64,000 nucleotides of DNA from an uncultured cyanobacterium. Its GTDB lineage: Bacteria; Cyanobacteriota; Cyanobacteriia; PCC-9006; JAAUQQ01. Numbering within the stretch: the first letter of the stretch is position 1; every line of letters begins with the position of its first letter. The position numbers were made by a program, and so were the translations under genes. The DNA lies in NCBI GenBank assembly GCA_963718615.1, contig OY970368.1, positions 1,984,001-2,048,000 on the forward strand. Direction: 5' to 3'. Of this stretch, positions 62,963-64,000 are shown piece after piece. The notes under the pieces are model-generated. The model ran no database searches. It saw nothing but the letters and a program-made list of their open reading frames with translations, and was not told where the DNA came from.

Positions 62963-63780
62963 TGTTGTATCAAAAGCAGAAGAAAATGATAAGAAGCTGC
63001 AAGTTTTCTTTGTAAGTTCGCAATTTAGTTGTGTGTCAACATTAAGCGATCGATATAGCTTTCAGTTGTCTTGGCTGCCCCCTTTCATCTCTAAGTTGGT
63101 TCCAGAGGACCGATGTCATCTTAATGGTTTAGCATCGATCGAAGGAAATCTTCGATATTCAACTGCTTTAAGTGAGTCAGATATAGCAGACGGATGGCGA
63201 GATCATCGGCATGAAGGAGGATGCATCATAGACATTGAAGCAAATGAAACGATTGTGACAGGTCTTTCGATGCCGCATTCTCCCAGATGGTATCGAGATA
63301 AATTGTGGCTTCTTAACTCTGGAACAGGTGAGTTTGGACACATCGAAAATCTTGGAGATTCCTGTACTGGCCCTTTAGCTTTCAAGCCAATTGTATTTTG
63401 TCCAGGTTATTTGAGAGGTCTGGCTTTTCATGAAAATTATGCGGTGGTCGGTCTTTCCTTACCCAGAGAACTTACTTTTAGAGGATTAAAGCTTGATGAG
63501 CAACTAACTCAACGCAAGGCAAAGCCGCGTTGTGGGTTAATGGTAATTGATTTAGATCAGGGCAATGTGGCCCACTGGTTGAGATTAGAAGGAGAAATCA
63601 GTGAGCTGTATGATGTTCAAATCCTGCCAAGAATACGATGTCCTAGTGCGATAAGCTTGAACACTGAAATTTTAATGGCCGATCACTTTAATGGTGATTT
63701 CATATGCTGGAAGGCAAGAAAGTGTTAAGAGCTTTACGTTGAGTCATCTATACCTAAGTTATGTAATGTAGAGGGAAATA

Positions 63781-64000
63781 ATGTCCATAAATTTTAGCGA
63801 TGAACAAGTTATTTCTGATGTAGCTAGCAGAGTTTACTCAATATTCTCAGCAGATATTGACGATGACGGTGATCTCGATATAGTAGCCGCTATCAATGGG
63901 GAAAACACAGTTGCTTGGTATGAAAATGATGGAAATAGTAACTTTACTCAGCGAACCATTTCGGATACTACTACAGGAGCGTTAGCTGTATTAGTGGCAG
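63781..64000 (+). CDS. FG-GAP/VCBS repeat protein (5' part only)
   Basis: MSINFSDEQVIS...ADIDDDGDLDIVAA...VAWYENDG; GAGGG upstream; runs off the window. Confidence 0.85.
   Translation, partial: MSINFSDEQVISDVASRVYSIFSADIDDDGDLDIVAAINGENTVAWYENDGNSNFTQRTISDTTTGALAVLVA

Larger units (their letters stand above)
61656..63728 (+). pseudogene. TIGR03032-family gene interrupted by IS982
   Basis: SLAFTTYQSGRLF...DIHDIVV | SKAE...PEDRCHLNGLA, GLSMPHSPRW, FCPGYLRGL; removing the IS and one TSD copy restores the frame. Confidence 0.9.

Overview
Cyanobacterial chromosomal window; the HIP1 octamer GCGATCGC is frequent throughout. The left end is an accessory block: two signal-peptide TPR-CHAT (caspase-like) genes built from 120-bp tandem units, one split by an intact IS1-family element, and a divergent S8 peptidase. 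The middle is mostly housekeeping: AKR, pepB, nnr, multicopper oxidase, cydAB, cobI/H/L/K, a flotillin pair with NfeD, rtcB, carbonic anhydrase, gatA, prk, petH, fbp-zwf-opcA, ycf66, psbX and futA. The most unusual feature is an ORF-free ~600-nt region at 52951-53539. It holds a tRNA-like element, two atypical CCA-encoding tRNAs (anticodons CAC and CAT) and a ~316-nt multi-stem RNA with three C(UUCG)G loops. It lies just upstream of a slipin/SPFH gene whose promoter shares a TGTAGTA-like inverted repeat with the rtcB promoter. The right end has tRNA-Thr(TGT), a NarL-type regulator, dusA, an Rpn nuclease and an AT-rich island with two disabled TIGR03032 genes (one split by IS982) before an FG-GAP gene. 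All family calls are by eye from motifs; no searches were run.
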